NCBI GenBank assembly: GCA_946965045.2
Contig: OX337229.1
Span: 4,278,001 to 4,342,000, forward strand
Length of the DNA: 64,000 nt
Origin: Epithemia pelagica
Taxonomy: Eukaryota > Protista > Bacillariophyta
Reading direction: 5' to 3'
Shown: one piece after another, positions 10,077-22,536 of the stretch
Layout: every line of letters begins with the position of its first letter
How positions within the stretch are numbered: position 1 is the first letter of the stretch
The notes under the pieces: generated by a model
What the model saw: the letters and a program-made list of their open reading frames with translations, nothing else
Told to the model about the DNA's origin: nothing
Database searches by the model: none
Position numbers and translations under genes: made by a program

Positions 10077-11750
10077 ATGGTAATATCATCGCCGCGGCCC
10101 TCCAATCCTCGAGAAGCCGCATTTTTGCGTCGGCAACAATCACGGCTCCAAGCACTGCACCAGCATCCGGACCATGGCGACTACAACAACAAGTCACAAC
10201 TACCAGCAGAACCGCAAGACGTAGAATGGTTGGATCAACAACTCGTAGAATGGAAAACTCAAGTTGAAGCCCTTCTTAAGACAATCACCGCAACGCCACC
10301 TGAGCTTAAGGGTCGTCCTCGTCATGGTGAATATCATTGGCAATTGATGCAGTATCAACAAGAGTTGTATGCCCTTCGCAACACATTTTTGTCATGGTCG
10401 TCTTCTTCAACAATCATGTCCTCTGATAACCAAAATGACACATATGCTCATTATCATGATGAACTGGTCGCCTGTCAAGCCCAATGGGACAAGGTACACC
10501 ATATATTGCAAGAACAACGGCGACACAAACAACAGCAATCGGAAGGAGGACGACGCAAATTCACCTTTCGACGCTACCATCAAGCCATCCTGGAAAGACA
10601 ACAACAACAACCTCCAGTTCCATCCGTAACCGAGGCAGAATCGCCGTCCTCGTCACTGGATGTTGAGGGACAGCAACAAACGAATGTCAAAACGCTTTCT
10701 CCAATGGTGAACTCCACTACGGTGCAGGGATATCGCCATGTTTGCATTGATATTTATCCTACGCGAGTGGTTCTTCGCAACCGAATACATAACAATACTC
10801 TTGTGGATCGCAACACTAACAATGATGATATCAACAGCCAAGATCAAACACTTAACGACGAAACGACCAAGGAGGACGACAAGGACCCAACCGTGATTTC
10901 TCTCGACCGACCTCAAACGGTGTTTGCACACCTGGAGGACTGTGAAATATTCTATCGTCTGGGGGAAAGCATGGACGACAGCAGCATTCCGACCTTGGCC
11001 AGTGTACAAATGGTCCATTGCGACAACGTTTGTTTAAGCTTTGGTGGTGATTTGTTGGTTTGCTCGACCAGCAAAGAGTCGGCCTCTCCTCGAGTCACCG
11101 CCACTACTGGCTCATCACCAACACCATCCTCTGCCTGGCACGCCCAAACATTGTTTGTGTCAGACTGTACCCATTGTAGTTTTGAACATGGAAGGCTACA
11201 ACAAGTACGATTGCATCGTTCCTCCCACATGCTCTGCCATTCTTGCATCATTACAGCGGGAGCGATTTTGGAAGGTTGTCGCGCCGTGGAATTTCGTGTA
11301 CAACAGCATCAAGTGCACAAGGACGATATTGATACCGAGGGTCCACTTTCTACTCCACCACCACTACTTTGTATTCGTGACTTTGACTGGTTGCAACCAA
11401 ATACTCCCAGTCCCAATTTTACCATTGTCTACCTCAAGGACGACGACAAGGCACTTGACACCGAGTCTACCAACATCCACAGTGGGGAGCAACCACAAAA
11501 CAAACATCAAGAAAGATTGACTTCACCCATATCCATGACGAGACCGGATGTATTGACACCAACATCCCGGCTAGTACCAGCAGACATATCGCATCCGAAT
11601 GGCGATCCGGAAACCCTCTCAAACGCGAAACAAACCACGGTTTTCGTACAAACTCATCATGAGACTGGATCGTCGGTACAACTTGTTGGGAATCGTTCAG
11701 TCCAGGACGATGATGATGATGGTGATGATGATGACGACGACGAACTGTAA
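10077..11750 (+). CDS. TBCC: Tubulin-binding cofactor C
   Basis: Helical N-terminal region, then a beta-helix with QVRLHRSS...AILEGCRAVEF and the C-terminal IRDFDWLQPNTPSPNF motif. Confidence 0.8.
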   Translation: MVISSPRPSNPREAAFLRRQQSRLQALHQHPDHGDYNNKSQLPAEPQDVEWLDQQLVEWKTQVEALLKTITATPPELKGRPRHGEYHWQLMQYQQELYALRNTFLSWSSSSTIMSSDNQNDTYAHYHDELVACQAQWDKVHHILQEQRRHKQQQSEGGRRKFTFRRYHQAILERQQQQPPVPSVTEAESPSSSLDVEGQQQTNVKTLSPMVNSTTVQGYRHVCIDIYPTRVVLRNRIHNNTLVDRNTNNDDINSQDQTLNDETTKEDDKDPTVISLDRPQTVFAHLEDCEIFYRLGESMDDSSIPTLASVQMVHCDNVCLSFGGDLLVCSTSKESASPRVTATTGSSPTPSSAWHAQTLFVSDCTHCSFEHGRLQQVRLHRSSHMLCHSCIITAGAILEGCRAVEFRVQQHQVHKDDIDTEGPLSTPPPLLCIRDFDWLQPNTPSPNFTIVYLKDDDKALDTESTNIHSGEQPQNKHQERLTSPISMTRPDVLTPTSRLVPADISHPNGDPETLSNAKQTTVFVQTHHETGSSVQLVGNRSVQDDDDDGDDDDDDEL

Positions 11751-12099
11751 CATATGCGGTTCAAACCTCGTTTCCATGAAACAAACATAGACCGAATACA
11801 GTTTGTCGGAAACGATACGATCGGACAGTTTTATCAAGCATGGACCAGTGTCCCTTCAGTGACAACATACACAATGCGTGTTTTGCATCTGAGATGTTGT
11901 TTCATGAAAAGGGACAGCGAACGACATCAAACCATATTATACCGTTTTCTCTACGGAATGAGTGTGGGTGGTCCTCGTTGTGTCAACAGGTATATGGAGG
12001 ATAAACATAATATTTTTAGGTAAACCTGATCTTTTTTACCTTCATACGGTCATTCTCAAGACAATCAATACAAAAGATGGTGATGAAATTTGGCCGAGT

Positions 12100-13299
12100 T
12101 TACACAACTATTTCATTTTTTATTTCATCGTATCCATCCTTGGTTCCGCGACGACGACGCAACATGGAGATAGCGACGCCTATGATGGCAGCCGTACCAA
12201 AGAGAGCGAGGGAAAAAATGGGACGGAAAAAGAGCCAAGCCAAGGCAATCGTAATGAGGGAAATGCAAAAGGCGACCAGACCCGAAACAATATAGGCCAA
12301 GCCTTGGACGCAATTGCCCAAAATGGGCAAGACATCAGCAAAGACAACCAGGGGTTCTGCCATGAGTTCCAGGGCTACCCACATGACGATAGAGGCCGCG
12401 AACCGAATGATCCACGCCATGGTGGTCAAACTACTATGGGCACCGTCAAACATGGCCTCGGCCGTATAGGTACCCGTCTTGACCAGCAATATTTCTCGGT
12501 CATTTGACGTGGTGTATTCGTCCAACGACGTGCCCGTTTGGCGAGCCACAATGGAAATGTTTTGTGCAGGAATTTGCTGGAAGGCTACTCGTACGTCACC
12601 CACCATGGGATTGACAGCACTGCCGCTACCAGCGTAAAAGCCCTTGTTTTCGTAGAAACTCACATTAGAGAATGACTTGGTTGCCTCAGGTACTGTATCT
12701 AGCGAAAGAGGCGTGGAAAGGGCTGCATAGGTTTGAATCTTGTCGAGTACTTTGGAGGGAAGCGTGAAACCACCAAAGGTAATGGGATTGGCGACATCAA
12801 CCATATATTCAAAGGGCATACTGGTAGGATTCTCGTAGCCTATCTTGTACTGTTCCGAGCTGACAAGGTAATGGACCCATTTTTTGGAATAGGTGTAGGT
12901 AGTCTTGGTTTCCACCGAACCTCCCGTTTTCTTGGTCTTTTCGACATGCGTGGTACGAAACCATTGATACATTTCGACACTGCGTTTGAGCTTGAGGGTG
13001 TTGGTGAGTGAGATACCAAAGACATTGTCTTGAACAGTATCAGTGGTAGTTGCCAAACCTGAAGCATGAATCAAATCATTTTCCATGGAAGTGTCCACCG
13101 TAGCAATGGAGGGAACCTCCTGGACCAAAGATTCACTTTCTTCGAGAGCCTTGCGTTCGGCAACCAAATTGGATTCATTGTAAATCAAAACAGCAATACT
13201 TGCCATGACAAAGACAGCACCAAAGCAAACCGTGCGTCCCGAACCACGAAGGCGGCTGCCCCAAGACTCGGTAGTGACCTGTTCGTATGTGTCTGCCAT
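12100..13299 (-). CDS. TMEM43: TMEM43/DUF1625 family membrane protein
   Basis: N-terminal TTESWGSRL...TM...NE, LKLKRSVEMYQW, PMVGDVRVAF, and three C-terminal TM helices (WIIRFAASIVMW...LAWLFFRP). Confidence 0.85.
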   Translation of the reverse strand: MADTYEQVTTESWGSRLRGSGRTVCFGAVFVMASIAVLIYNESNLVAERKALEESESLVQEVPSIATVDTSMENDLIHASGLATTTDTVQDNVFGISLTNTLKLKRSVEMYQWFRTTHVEKTKKTGGSVETKTTYTYSKKWVHYLVSSEQYKIGYENPTSMPFEYMVDVANPITFGGFTLPSKVLDKIQTYAALSTPLSLDTVPEATKSFSNVSFYENKGFYAGSGSAVNPMVGDVRVAFQQIPAQNISIVARQTGTSLDEYTTSNDREILLVKTGTYTAEAMFDGAHSSLTTMAWIIRFAASIVMWVALELMAEPLVVFADVLPILGNCVQGLAYIVSGLVAFCISLITIALAWLFFRPIFSLALFGTAAIIGVAISMLRRRRGTKDGYDEIKNEIVV

Positions 13300-13941
13300 A
13301 TTTCTTGCAAACCTGTTTACGGGCTGTTAACGGGAAAATCACGATCAATGGTCTCGATGCATGTGGAAACAATGAGCCATATGAGCGATAGAGACAAAAG
13401 TTTGGATCTTCGGACTACTGGTATGCAAGATGCAATCATGGCCATTGACCTCATGCGCATTGGATGCTTCCGAATCCGCGCAAGCTTTTTTCGATTATAT
13501 AGAATATTCAGTACTATAAACACTTACAGACTCCGATTATTTAATACTTTGGCCATAATACAGCTGCTCTAGGCCATTATCTTACAATACAGTATTATAG
13601 TACACATTAGTGCTAGACGACACAGGCAATAATACTCATTGACGGATAGAGATAGAGGCTTGAAAAGACTCTTCCGCGCGCCCACCGACCATTATTTTGT
13701 TGTAAGCCCCCCACAATTTTGATTTTCCAACGACATGTGCTCTACTCGTACGAGTACCTAGAAGTTTTCCCTCAGGTCAAAGGTTGCCAAACCAAAATGA
13801 TTTATTGGAACCACCCGTGAAATGTTTCTTCATCGAGAAGACCCCTGGATAGTGGACCCTACTACGTAACAAAATGTATGTTTCCCACAAACTCCACGAT
13901 TTACTAACAACCAATCCCAGGCAACACGAGAAACAGAAAAA

Positions 13942-16900
13942 CTAGTCCAAAAGTACATGTGCGGGGAATGCCAATTGTTTGAAGTCTGCGCAACCTGCCT
14001 CGTGTGCAAGATAATTCACATAGCACAAATGTTCATCTTGTTTCGAAATTTCGCACACCCACATACCCTTGTAGTGTTGTCGTCGCTTTCGCAACGCTTC
14101 CGCACGAAGTTCCTCAGGGGTAGGCTCTTTCGGTGGGGGCTCTTTCTTTTCGAAGATTGTCTTCTCTTCTGCCTTTGCTTCCTCTACTTCCATTATGACT
14201 GATTCCTCCGTTTCCGTTTTGACAGTTGTTGCTGGTTGGTCAGTGGTTTCCGTGGTCTCCTTTCCCAAATGTTCTGTGCCATTTTCTTTTCTGTCCGCGT
14301 TTTCTGCATCGTTGGTGTCTGAAGGCTGCTCCTTATTTTTTGGAAGAATCTTGTCTTCATCGACAATCTTCCTTCCTTCAGATTCTGCCACAGCCATGGA
14401 CGAGGGCTGATCGACTTTGTCCTCGGAGTCTTTGTCGTCGACAACCTCAACTCCTCCTGTTACAGTGGTGGCTGGGGACGCAGTCGTCTCTTTGTCCTCC
14501 TCTTCTGTTTCTTTCATCACAGACTCTCCCTCGTGCTTGTCGTCTTTTTCTGTTGAAACCTTGTGGTCTACCATCATTTTACTGTGACGTGTGCGTCTCA
14601 TGGTGTCGACTTCTGCATTCACGAATTCCTTTTTGTTCCGTTGAGAACCATCCTTCTGACTAGGCAAGGTTGATTTCGGTGCCGTGGAGCGTGCCAATCG
14701 TGGGCTATGGCGAGTCGACGACGAGGCCACAGCATCAAGAGACGTTATGGATTTCGGGTCATTGTCGACTGCATCCGCCACCGCCGTCTGACGAGAAGCT
14801 CTGGTCCGGGAGGGTAGTTTTCGCTGGGTAGATTTCAGGACAGTCCTTTTACTTTTCCGTGCAGCAGGTTTTGCTGTCTTTTCCTCTTTCTCTTCTTCCT
14901 CCTTTTGCGACAATTCTTCCGCATCCTTGTCTTCCGAACGTTGGGTGGGTTGGACATTAACCAAGGTTTCTACAGGTTCAATTGTTGCCGGCAAAGTGGA
15001 TTCCGCGGCTTCTGGGGCATCTGTTACTTTGCTTGTCTCCATAACAGTATCTGCGACTACTAGTGGTACATCTTTCATCTTTTCGTCCAAATCCATTTCA
15101 ATCGATTGCTCTGCGACGGCTGCAGCGACAGCTTCCTCCACCACCTTGGCCTCGACCAACTCCATGGGGACTGCAACTTGTTCATCCTCCTTTCCTTCTT
15201 CGCCATCACTCGCCCCTCCATCTTCCTCAGCCGTTGCAGGCACTTGTCGACCTGCTCCCCCTCCACGACTTGTGACTCCCACCAATGGGTACTTCTTTCC
15301 TCGGTCCATTTCAAAGACAAAATCCACCGACTTGAGCAGTTCAAAACGCTCCTTTGTAAGATAATTGTTCTCTCCCCTCTTGTATTTCTTTCCATGTGAT
15401 CGCTATTCGGAGTGTACGACGCATTGCGATTAGATGCTACAACAAGGAACGTCCCGTCGTACGCAAGTCCTGTACAGAGCATCAACGTACCTGTCGCATG
15501 GCCCATGAAGCGAGATCTTTATCAGCTTTCCATCTACGTGGAACAGCTGCATGCCCGTGAACCTCCTTGAACTTCAAAAGCTTTTCGAAACATTCATTCC
15601 ATCGGTCCTGAAAACGTTGCAACACAGCGTTTCGGAGGTGTTCACGAGTTCTAGTGTTGAAGACAAAGCCAAGATCACGAAGGCGCTTTTCGCGTTCATC
15701 ATTTAGTGCGCTCTGTCGCCCCTCAGATTTGGCCTTCATTTGCTTTCGTTGCTCTCCGACCCAACGCGCCAGTACCTGATTGCAAGCAATAAGTGTAAGA
15801 GACGCAAAGCCCGAAGCAAAACCAACTACGTAATAGGCAACGCCCACTTACCATGTTCGGTGCATACTCTTTTGGAACGAGACAGTCTCCTTTCTCCTTC
15901 TTGTAGCCCACCAGCATTTGGAACTTAAGTTCCCACCGATCTTCTTCCTGTGTCGTTTGTTGCTGAATTGCCCAAAAGGACGGGTCCTTCTTAGCCTCCC
16001 ACTATCAGACGCATAAAAAAGTGAGAATAAGATCACGTCAATTCATAAAAAAATCAACACAAAAAATGGAGTCCACGTACCACAAAGTTGGCTGCATTAA
16101 GGCGTTTCATCCGAGATCGGGTCAATCGTTTATCTTTGCTTTTCCACCATCGGCGGTTGCGAACTGTCCACCGCCCCAAAAATGGATTCTCTGCAAAGAC
16201 TTTGGGGACAATGCCATGACCATAAACCTTTTGAAATACTAAATATTCCAAGAAATTCGTTTCCCATGTGGCATTAGCTTTGGCTGTTTGATAATCGATT
16301 CCCTTTTTCTTGTTGGCCTCCAGAGCTTCTTCACAAACCAAAAGATCTGCGAATTCTTTCTTGCATTGTTCGCGAACTTCGTCTTCCTTTTCTTCCGGTA
16401 CATGTCGTCGTAGTTGCCGTAACGAGTAACTTCGTACCTCTTTTTTACCCGTTTTCTCTGACGTTTTCATGACATTGTAAACGACACTGTTTCGACCATC
16501 GGGAGATTCCGCTTCTAACTTTTGCCGTTTGCCATCTGGTTCTTCCCCCACTTCCAGGTACACTGGTTCACCTTCGGAGAGTGTTCGACGTGTACTTCGA
16601 CGAGGATACCGACTAGCGCTTGTGCTCTTTTCGTTCCCCTCTACTTCTTCTGTTGTCGGTGGTGGAGTTGTGGGTGTCGAGGCTGCTACTGCAGCGGCTC
16701 CTGATGGGGATTTGGCTTGAACCTTCTTTTGGCGGGAAGAGGATCTTGGACTTGCTCGTTTTGAGCGTGACTTGGCGGCCCTCACTTTTTTCTCAGCCCA
16801 ATCTTCATCGCTTTCCGTGTCATCATCATGCTCCTCGTCGCTGTAATTGTCATACTCTTCATCTGCCATGTCCGCAAAATGTTCTTCATGATGCAACGAT

Positions 16901-17424
16901 GCCACCAGATCATCGTCACCAGTTACCATGTAAGTGGCAGACATTTTTTCCATCTCCGGTGTAACAGGGCGATCGTTCTCTTTGGCTGGTTGTTTGCTAG
17001 TCTCCTCCTCAAGCGCCTTGTCGTCATCAGTTTTCTCTCCTGTAGTGTTGCCTTTGCTGTTGTTGTTTTCAGTGCTGGACTTGGTCTCACGGAATGGTCG
17101 TTTCTTCCCCTTGTTAGCTTCTTTTTCAGGAGCCTTTCCAGTCTCTTCTTGTTGTGGTAGGATTTTGTTCTCACTTTTGTCGTCTCCGTCCCTCTGTGGT
17201 GAAGATTCCCACACAAAACCTTTGGAATTCATTTGACGAATCATGTCGGCATTCATAATGGACGGTTTGCCCCCAACAAACTTTTTGTATTCGTCTCGTT
17301 GTTTCTCGACCCATCCTGCCAATGTAGGCTTGTCGGAAGGAATTTCCACAGCCCTTCCGTTTTTTGGTGTCATAGCTGCTTCTTGAAACATGAGCCAACA
17401 GGACCATGCAGATTCCCATTCCAT
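13942..17424 (-). CDS. Multi-exon protein with four helicase-associated (HA) repeats and long acidic/basic low-complexity spacers
   Basis: HA repeats WESAW...LAGWVEKQR, WETNFLEY...LGRWTVRNR, RWELKFQML...LARWVGEQR and RWNECFEKL...LASWAMRQ are spread across ORFs 16054-17424, 15723-15917, 15482-15847 and 13942-15327, joined by short GT-AG introns. An upstream exon may exist. Confidence 0.75.
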
Positions 17425-18369
17425 CTGCTGAGAAGAAGTGAAGATTTCGTTGTTGCCATCGTTTTTTTTTTCGATCCATCAAGGACACAGTCACAACAAC
17501 AGAGATAACAAAGAGTCAGCGTAAAACAAACAAACAAACAACTTCATCCACCAACAATCACAAGCTCACGATGGACCCACAACATTGTGTGATCTCTTTC
17601 CCGTGGTGCGAGTTTTGAGAGCGCACAGAACACGGGTGTCACCTAAAAAGACACGGGTTTGCGTCCAGGAACTAACCTTTTGCTTTGATATGCTGCTGCT
17701 CTCCGATTCCGCCATTTTGTAACTGAGGTGAATGTCAGTTGCGCAGAGTGTGTTTGATGATGTCTTGTTGTTTGATGATACCTTCTTCCTCGGGTCAGGC
17801 ACTTGTCTGGTTGCTTGGTAGCAGCAATTCTGGCGTTTTGGTGCCGTGGTGGGAGGGACGTTGAGGCAAACAGATTGTTTCAAACAACACACGTTGTGTC
17901 TTGTGTCTACGGTGGACGGTGGAGTTAAAACTTTTGGCCCAACAGGAAACAAGCAAACGTCTCTAAGAAATAATGTCCATTTAGCGATTGCGTGCTGGGA
18001 ACAAATGTATGCTTACTGCATTTATCTATACTATTTATTTCGCTCGCCACAATTATACGCGACCGTTCTCCTTCTCCTATCTCCACCCCCAAACCCAAGA
18101 AGAAACGAATCAAAACAGGGGTGCAGTTGCTAGCTCTAATCACTGAAAAGGGGTCTGCTGCTAACCCTATTGTAAGGAGAGGGTATGTAGGTGACTCATC
18201 AACCATTCAAACTACGAGAACACTACTTTCTATCAAGAATCAATCTATCGTCTTCGTTAGGCGGGTTTGCCTCATGTGAAAGTGCTTCGTTGAGTTCATT
18301 TCGCAGTCGACAAGAAACGTTGAAGTCCAGTCAACCTCAAGTTTCTCGTGTTGCGCTTTATGAGGCGAA

Positions 18370-20436
18370 ATGAGCGACTTCATCCCAGGACGCTACACAC
18401 AATCAGAACTAGGACGAGAAGGTCAAGATGTTGATAATGGAATGGGAACTTCAGCAACGTCTGAAGAGACATCCTTGCTTGTGCAACAAAATGGAGGATA
18501 TGAAGACGACCAGGGGGCAGCCTATGGCTCGACGGCCGATCCGATGCACACCGATGATGAGTTGTTTGGTGAAAGTGGCGACGACGAAGACGAAGACCCC
18601 GAAGAGTCAAGGGTTGACATTTACACATCTACGACAATAACCTCTTCGAATCGTTCCAGCACGACCAAAGGATCTCCAGCACCGAACACCACTCTTTCGA
18701 CCTTTACCATCGTGTCCATTCTCTCGACAGCCTTCTCGTATGGTTGCATCTTTTCGACGCTCTTCCTCATTACTCTTCCGGTTGAATGCGAGCGTATACA
18801 TCAGGAGCATGAGACCGTCCCCAAATCCGTCTCGCTTGGTGCCTTTGTGGCTATTGCTGGCGTGACACAGCTTATTTCTCCCCTTATTGGACGTTTGTCG
18901 GACCTTTACGAACCGCCTGTGGAACATGAATTGGGACAACGCTTGCCCTTTTTGATTTTGGGTGCCGTATGTACCATTGTCGGTTTGCTGGGACAAATGC
19001 TAGCCTCCTACGGTGGTTTTTGGTTGCGCTACGGTGCCTTTTTCTTTTTACACATGTTGGGTTTGAACATCATGTATGCCATGATGTTAGCTTTGATTCC
19101 CGATCAGGTACCAGCCAGCCAAACCGGGGTGGCCAATGGTATTTTGGCACTCGAATTGGTTATGGGATCGCTCTTTGGATTTGGATTGTTCTACATCTTT
19201 TTCTATGACTACGTGCAATCCATGTACAGTTTGTACGTGATCAATATTATTGTCACAACCATTGCGACTGGCACACATGCTCACGACCGCGATGCCGCAT
19301 TGGCGCAGCAACGACGGTCCACGCAACAACGACATAGACGTCAACAAGAGCGTGCCATGTTTTTGGCAGCCCAACAAGCACTGCTGCAGCAAGACCCTGC
19401 TTCGTCTTCTTCTCTTGTTCCAACCAATACTCCGCGACAATCTCCTGTTTCGTCAAACGCCAATGACCGCCATCGGAACCGTCGGCGCCGTCGTTGGCAC
19501 CGCGCAGCCAAAAAAGCGGCTCATCAGGCTGGTCAAGTCTTGGTCATGACACCGACTCGAATTTTGAAATCCATGTTGTTGGATACTTTTGCAACCTTGG
19601 ATTGGTCGGCAGTCTTACAATGTTACACCATTGATGTAAATCAGTACCGAGACTTTGCTGTTGTTACGGTATCACGATTGTTTTATTATTCCGGCATGTC
19701 CATTCAAACTTTCTTTTTGTACTACGTGCACGACGTCTTGCACATTACTCAAGATCCACAGGGTGTGGTTGCCGCCTTGGCCATACTGGGACAATGCAGT
19801 GCCGCCTTGACCTGTTATCCGGTTGGTGTGTGGTCCGATCGGTACGGTCACGGGGAACGACGACCTTTGGTGTACTTGGCCTGTGCGGTTCTCTGTGTGG
19901 TGAGTGTTTCTCTCATTTGGATTCGTACCCTGCATGAAATGACGGTCGCCGTCTTTTTGTTGGGATGTGCCAATGGCATTTACTTGACCATGGATACCAG
20001 TCTGGCAGTCGATACTCTACCGGACCATGTCGATGACAGTGCCCAGTTGCTTGGTGTGTGGGGAGTGGCCGCCTTTTTGGGATCAGCGTTGGGACCCATG
20101 ATTGGAGGGCCCTTGTTGTATACCTTTGGACAAAACCAAGAATCCGACTACGATGCAACCACTAGCAACACTGACGACACTAGCAATGACGATGAGTTTG
20201 CTACGGAATCTTATGGTTGGCATGGATACATTGTGGTGTTGTCCTTGGGTGGCTTGTATTTTTTGATTTCGGCTTTGACCTTGCTCGTTCTTTTGGATGG
20301 AAGCGACAGCAAGAACACGACAGCAAGTCCAAAGCATGCTGCACCCTCACCCAGTCCCATGACAAGTACTGTCACCACCAAAACCAATTCGGGTCGTACA
20401 CAAGACGACAACAAGCAACAACAAGGAGGCAAGTGA
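18370..20436 (+). CDS. Major facilitator superfamily transporter (sucrose/GPH-like)
   Basis: About 12 hydrophobic segments. MFS motif A-like IGRLSDLY...GQRLPF and VGVWSDRYGHGERRPL. Confidence 0.85.
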   Translation: MSDFIPGRYTQSELGREGQDVDNGMGTSATSEETSLLVQQNGGYEDDQGAAYGSTADPMHTDDELFGESGDDEDEDPEESRVDIYTSTTITSSNRSSTTKGSPAPNTTLSTFTIVSILSTAFSYGCIFSTLFLITLPVECERIHQEHETVPKSVSLGAFVAIAGVTQLISPLIGRLSDLYEPPVEHELGQRLPFLILGAVCTIVGLLGQMLASYGGFWLRYGAFFFLHMLGLNIMYAMMLALIPDQVPASQTGVANGILALELVMGSLFGFGLFYIFFYDYVQSMYSLYVINIIVTTIATGTHAHDRDAALAQQRRSTQQRHRRQQERAMFLAAQQALLQQDPASSSSLVPTNTPRQSPVSSNANDRHRNRRRRRWHRAAKKAAHQAGQVLVMTPTRILKSMLLDTFATLDWSAVLQCYTIDVNQYRDFAVVTVSRLFYYSGMSIQTFFLYYVHDVLHITQDPQGVVAALAILGQCSAALTCYPVGVWSDRYGHGERRPLVYLACAVLCVVSVSLIWIRTLHEMTVAVFLLGCANGIYLTMDTSLAVDTLPDHVDDSAQLLGVWGVAAFLGSALGPMIGGPLLYTFGQNQESDYDATTSNTDDTSNDDEFATESYGWHGYIVVLSLGGLYFLISALTLLVLLDGSDSKNTTASPKHAAPSPSPMTSTVTTKTNSGRTQDDNKQQQGGK

Positions 20437-21444
20437 GCATACCCGTCACCTCATTTGTCATGGGCACCAATCATGGACGGACCAAGAATGTTCATGGCGG
20501 AGGGATTAAGATTTGTGATATTCCAAAACAGTGTTCTGTTGGATGCCACACGCAGTGTACTTTTTGACCAACCAACCACTCTGCCATGCACGTTTGATGT
20601 CAAGGATTGTGATTCGGGAAAGTTGACCCAGTTTGGCGTTTATGAATCTCAAAATACTGTACGATCATTTTCCTCAACGATATGAGTATGCATTGCATAG
20701 TCTTGTCCAGGCCTCCGACCAGGAGCACAACAACCTCAGATCCAAAGGACTTGGTCTGAGTGGCTATATCTATTTTCTGAGTGGTCATGTCCCTGTACGA
20801 GGTCGAGTATTTTGAAATGCCGTACAATCTGTTCCGAAACGATCAAAGTGTTTCACGGCACCACCACCACAATGAGCACAGCCCCGGACCTATGACACAC
20901 GATCGGAATGGGCAACTCTTGTATGATACTAGAACCACAAGCAACAAGAATAGCCACGAGACACGCGGACGAGTGCATAGGATAATCTCCGACAAGGACG
21001 ATCACAACTCTCGGGGATTTGCATCGAGTTAGCTTGGGGTCGAGAAGACCTAGAATCAATCTACGCAGACGCCCTTTTTTGTGGTTATTGTTGCGACGTT
21101 CGGACAGCATGTATGTGGCGACAATGCTCTGTCGTTTGGCATAGCAAACGAAGATTTCTTTTTCTCTCTCGAGACTAAGCTTCAAGACCCAGCAGAATCA
21201 ACGCTTCAGACAAAAGATGAGGGCAGATAATAGAACACGTGGTCCCCGCGCGTTCTCGGCTTCTTCAGTCTTCGGTCGCTGATTCTCGTCGGGAAAAGAT
21301 CGCGCATCCTTCATGGGCAAGATTCGCTCGATGCTCTTTTTTGCTCCATGGGCCTCTTGTATGTTCCGACTGGAACAGGTGTTCGAGAGATCCTTTATTC
21401 TCACAAAACCAAAATCACAACAAAAAACAAGTATATAACACAAA

Positions 21445-22122
21445 ATGACGGCATCTGTATCTTTCAAGTATCTTGACTTGGGTCACATTGGTGGCCGGGG
21501 AAGAACTCTACGATTCTTTCTACTCGCAAACGGTATTCCGTACACAGAAGACTTGTACCAATACAATGATTCCGTATGGGGTGTCGAAAAGAAACGACTG
21601 GTCGAGTCTGGTGAGAATCCCTGTGGAACAGTTCCAGTCGCCTACACAGAGGATAGTCAGCATCATTTGAGTCAGCACATTTCCATGGCTCGTTACTTTG
21701 CCCGTATCAACAAGTTGGATTCGGGAGATGCATGGAAGGATTACGTCCAAGATGTCGTTGCCGATGAATACCAAGGATTTAGCAATATCTGGGTCGAAAA
21801 GTCTATTGCCAGCACGGACGAGCAAAAGGCGGAATATGCTTCCAAGACGGTTCCTGAGCTCTTGACCAAGTTTGAAGCCCTCTACAAAAAGTACAAGACG
21901 ACTGGCAAAGAAAAAGCCTATTTGAGCACCAGTCCGTCTGGCTCTCCCTTGTGGGGCGGTACCGCTATGTTCAGCATCCTGTACGATCACATTCAATTGG
22001 GCCATTTAACGGAAGAAACATTGACTTCTTCGTACCCGCACTTGTCCGCCATGTACAAAACATTCATCGCCATTCCAGCCGTCGCCGAATGGATCGAACG
22101 CAAGAAACCAACCACAAACTAA
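21445..22122 (+). CDS. Glutathione S-transferase
   Basis: KYLDLGHIGGRGRTLRFFL, cis-Pro motif GTVPV, SQHISMARYFAR and a helical C-terminal domain. Confidence 0.9.
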   Translation: MTASVSFKYLDLGHIGGRGRTLRFFLLANGIPYTEDLYQYNDSVWGVEKKRLVESGENPCGTVPVAYTEDSQHHLSQHISMARYFARINKLDSGDAWKDYVQDVVADEYQGFSNIWVEKSIASTDEQKAEYASKTVPELLTKFEALYKKYKTTGKEKAYLSTSPSGSPLWGGTAMFSILYDHIQLGHLTEETLTSSYPHLSAMYKTFIAIPAVAEWIERKKPTTN

Positions 22123-22266
22123 ATGAAATCCGTTGATAGAGATCATAAATGATTCATTGTAGAGGTCAGAAAAATCTTACGGGTACTCATAGCTCTAGGG
22201 GTAGGAGGATGCTTGGGAGAACGTTGAATTGAAACAGACTGAATACGACAAAATTCTTGAGATAAA

Positions 22267-22516
22267 CGTTGTCTGTACTGGGTGGAGTGACGTGGCCGAT
22301 GCTGGCCAGACTCCGCGACCGACAACAGAGGTGCGACTGCTCCGCCTCCTCGACGCGAGGCGAGCATCCGATTTGATTCCCACAATCGGAAGTTTTAGGA
22401 TGACCCTGATGCAGAGTCGTTGCAGCGTGAGAAGAGCTCACTCTTCTTGGGTTCAGCATCTTTGCAACGACTACGAGACGAGTTCGAGATCGCAACGATT
22501 CTAGTTAGCTAATCTT
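22267..22516 (+). repeat. Split direct repeat A1 (250 bp)
   Basis: Matches 29924-30173 except for 2 substitutions seen by eye. Confidence 0.95.
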
Positions 22517-22536
22517 CTGAGTTTACCTTGTTCATC

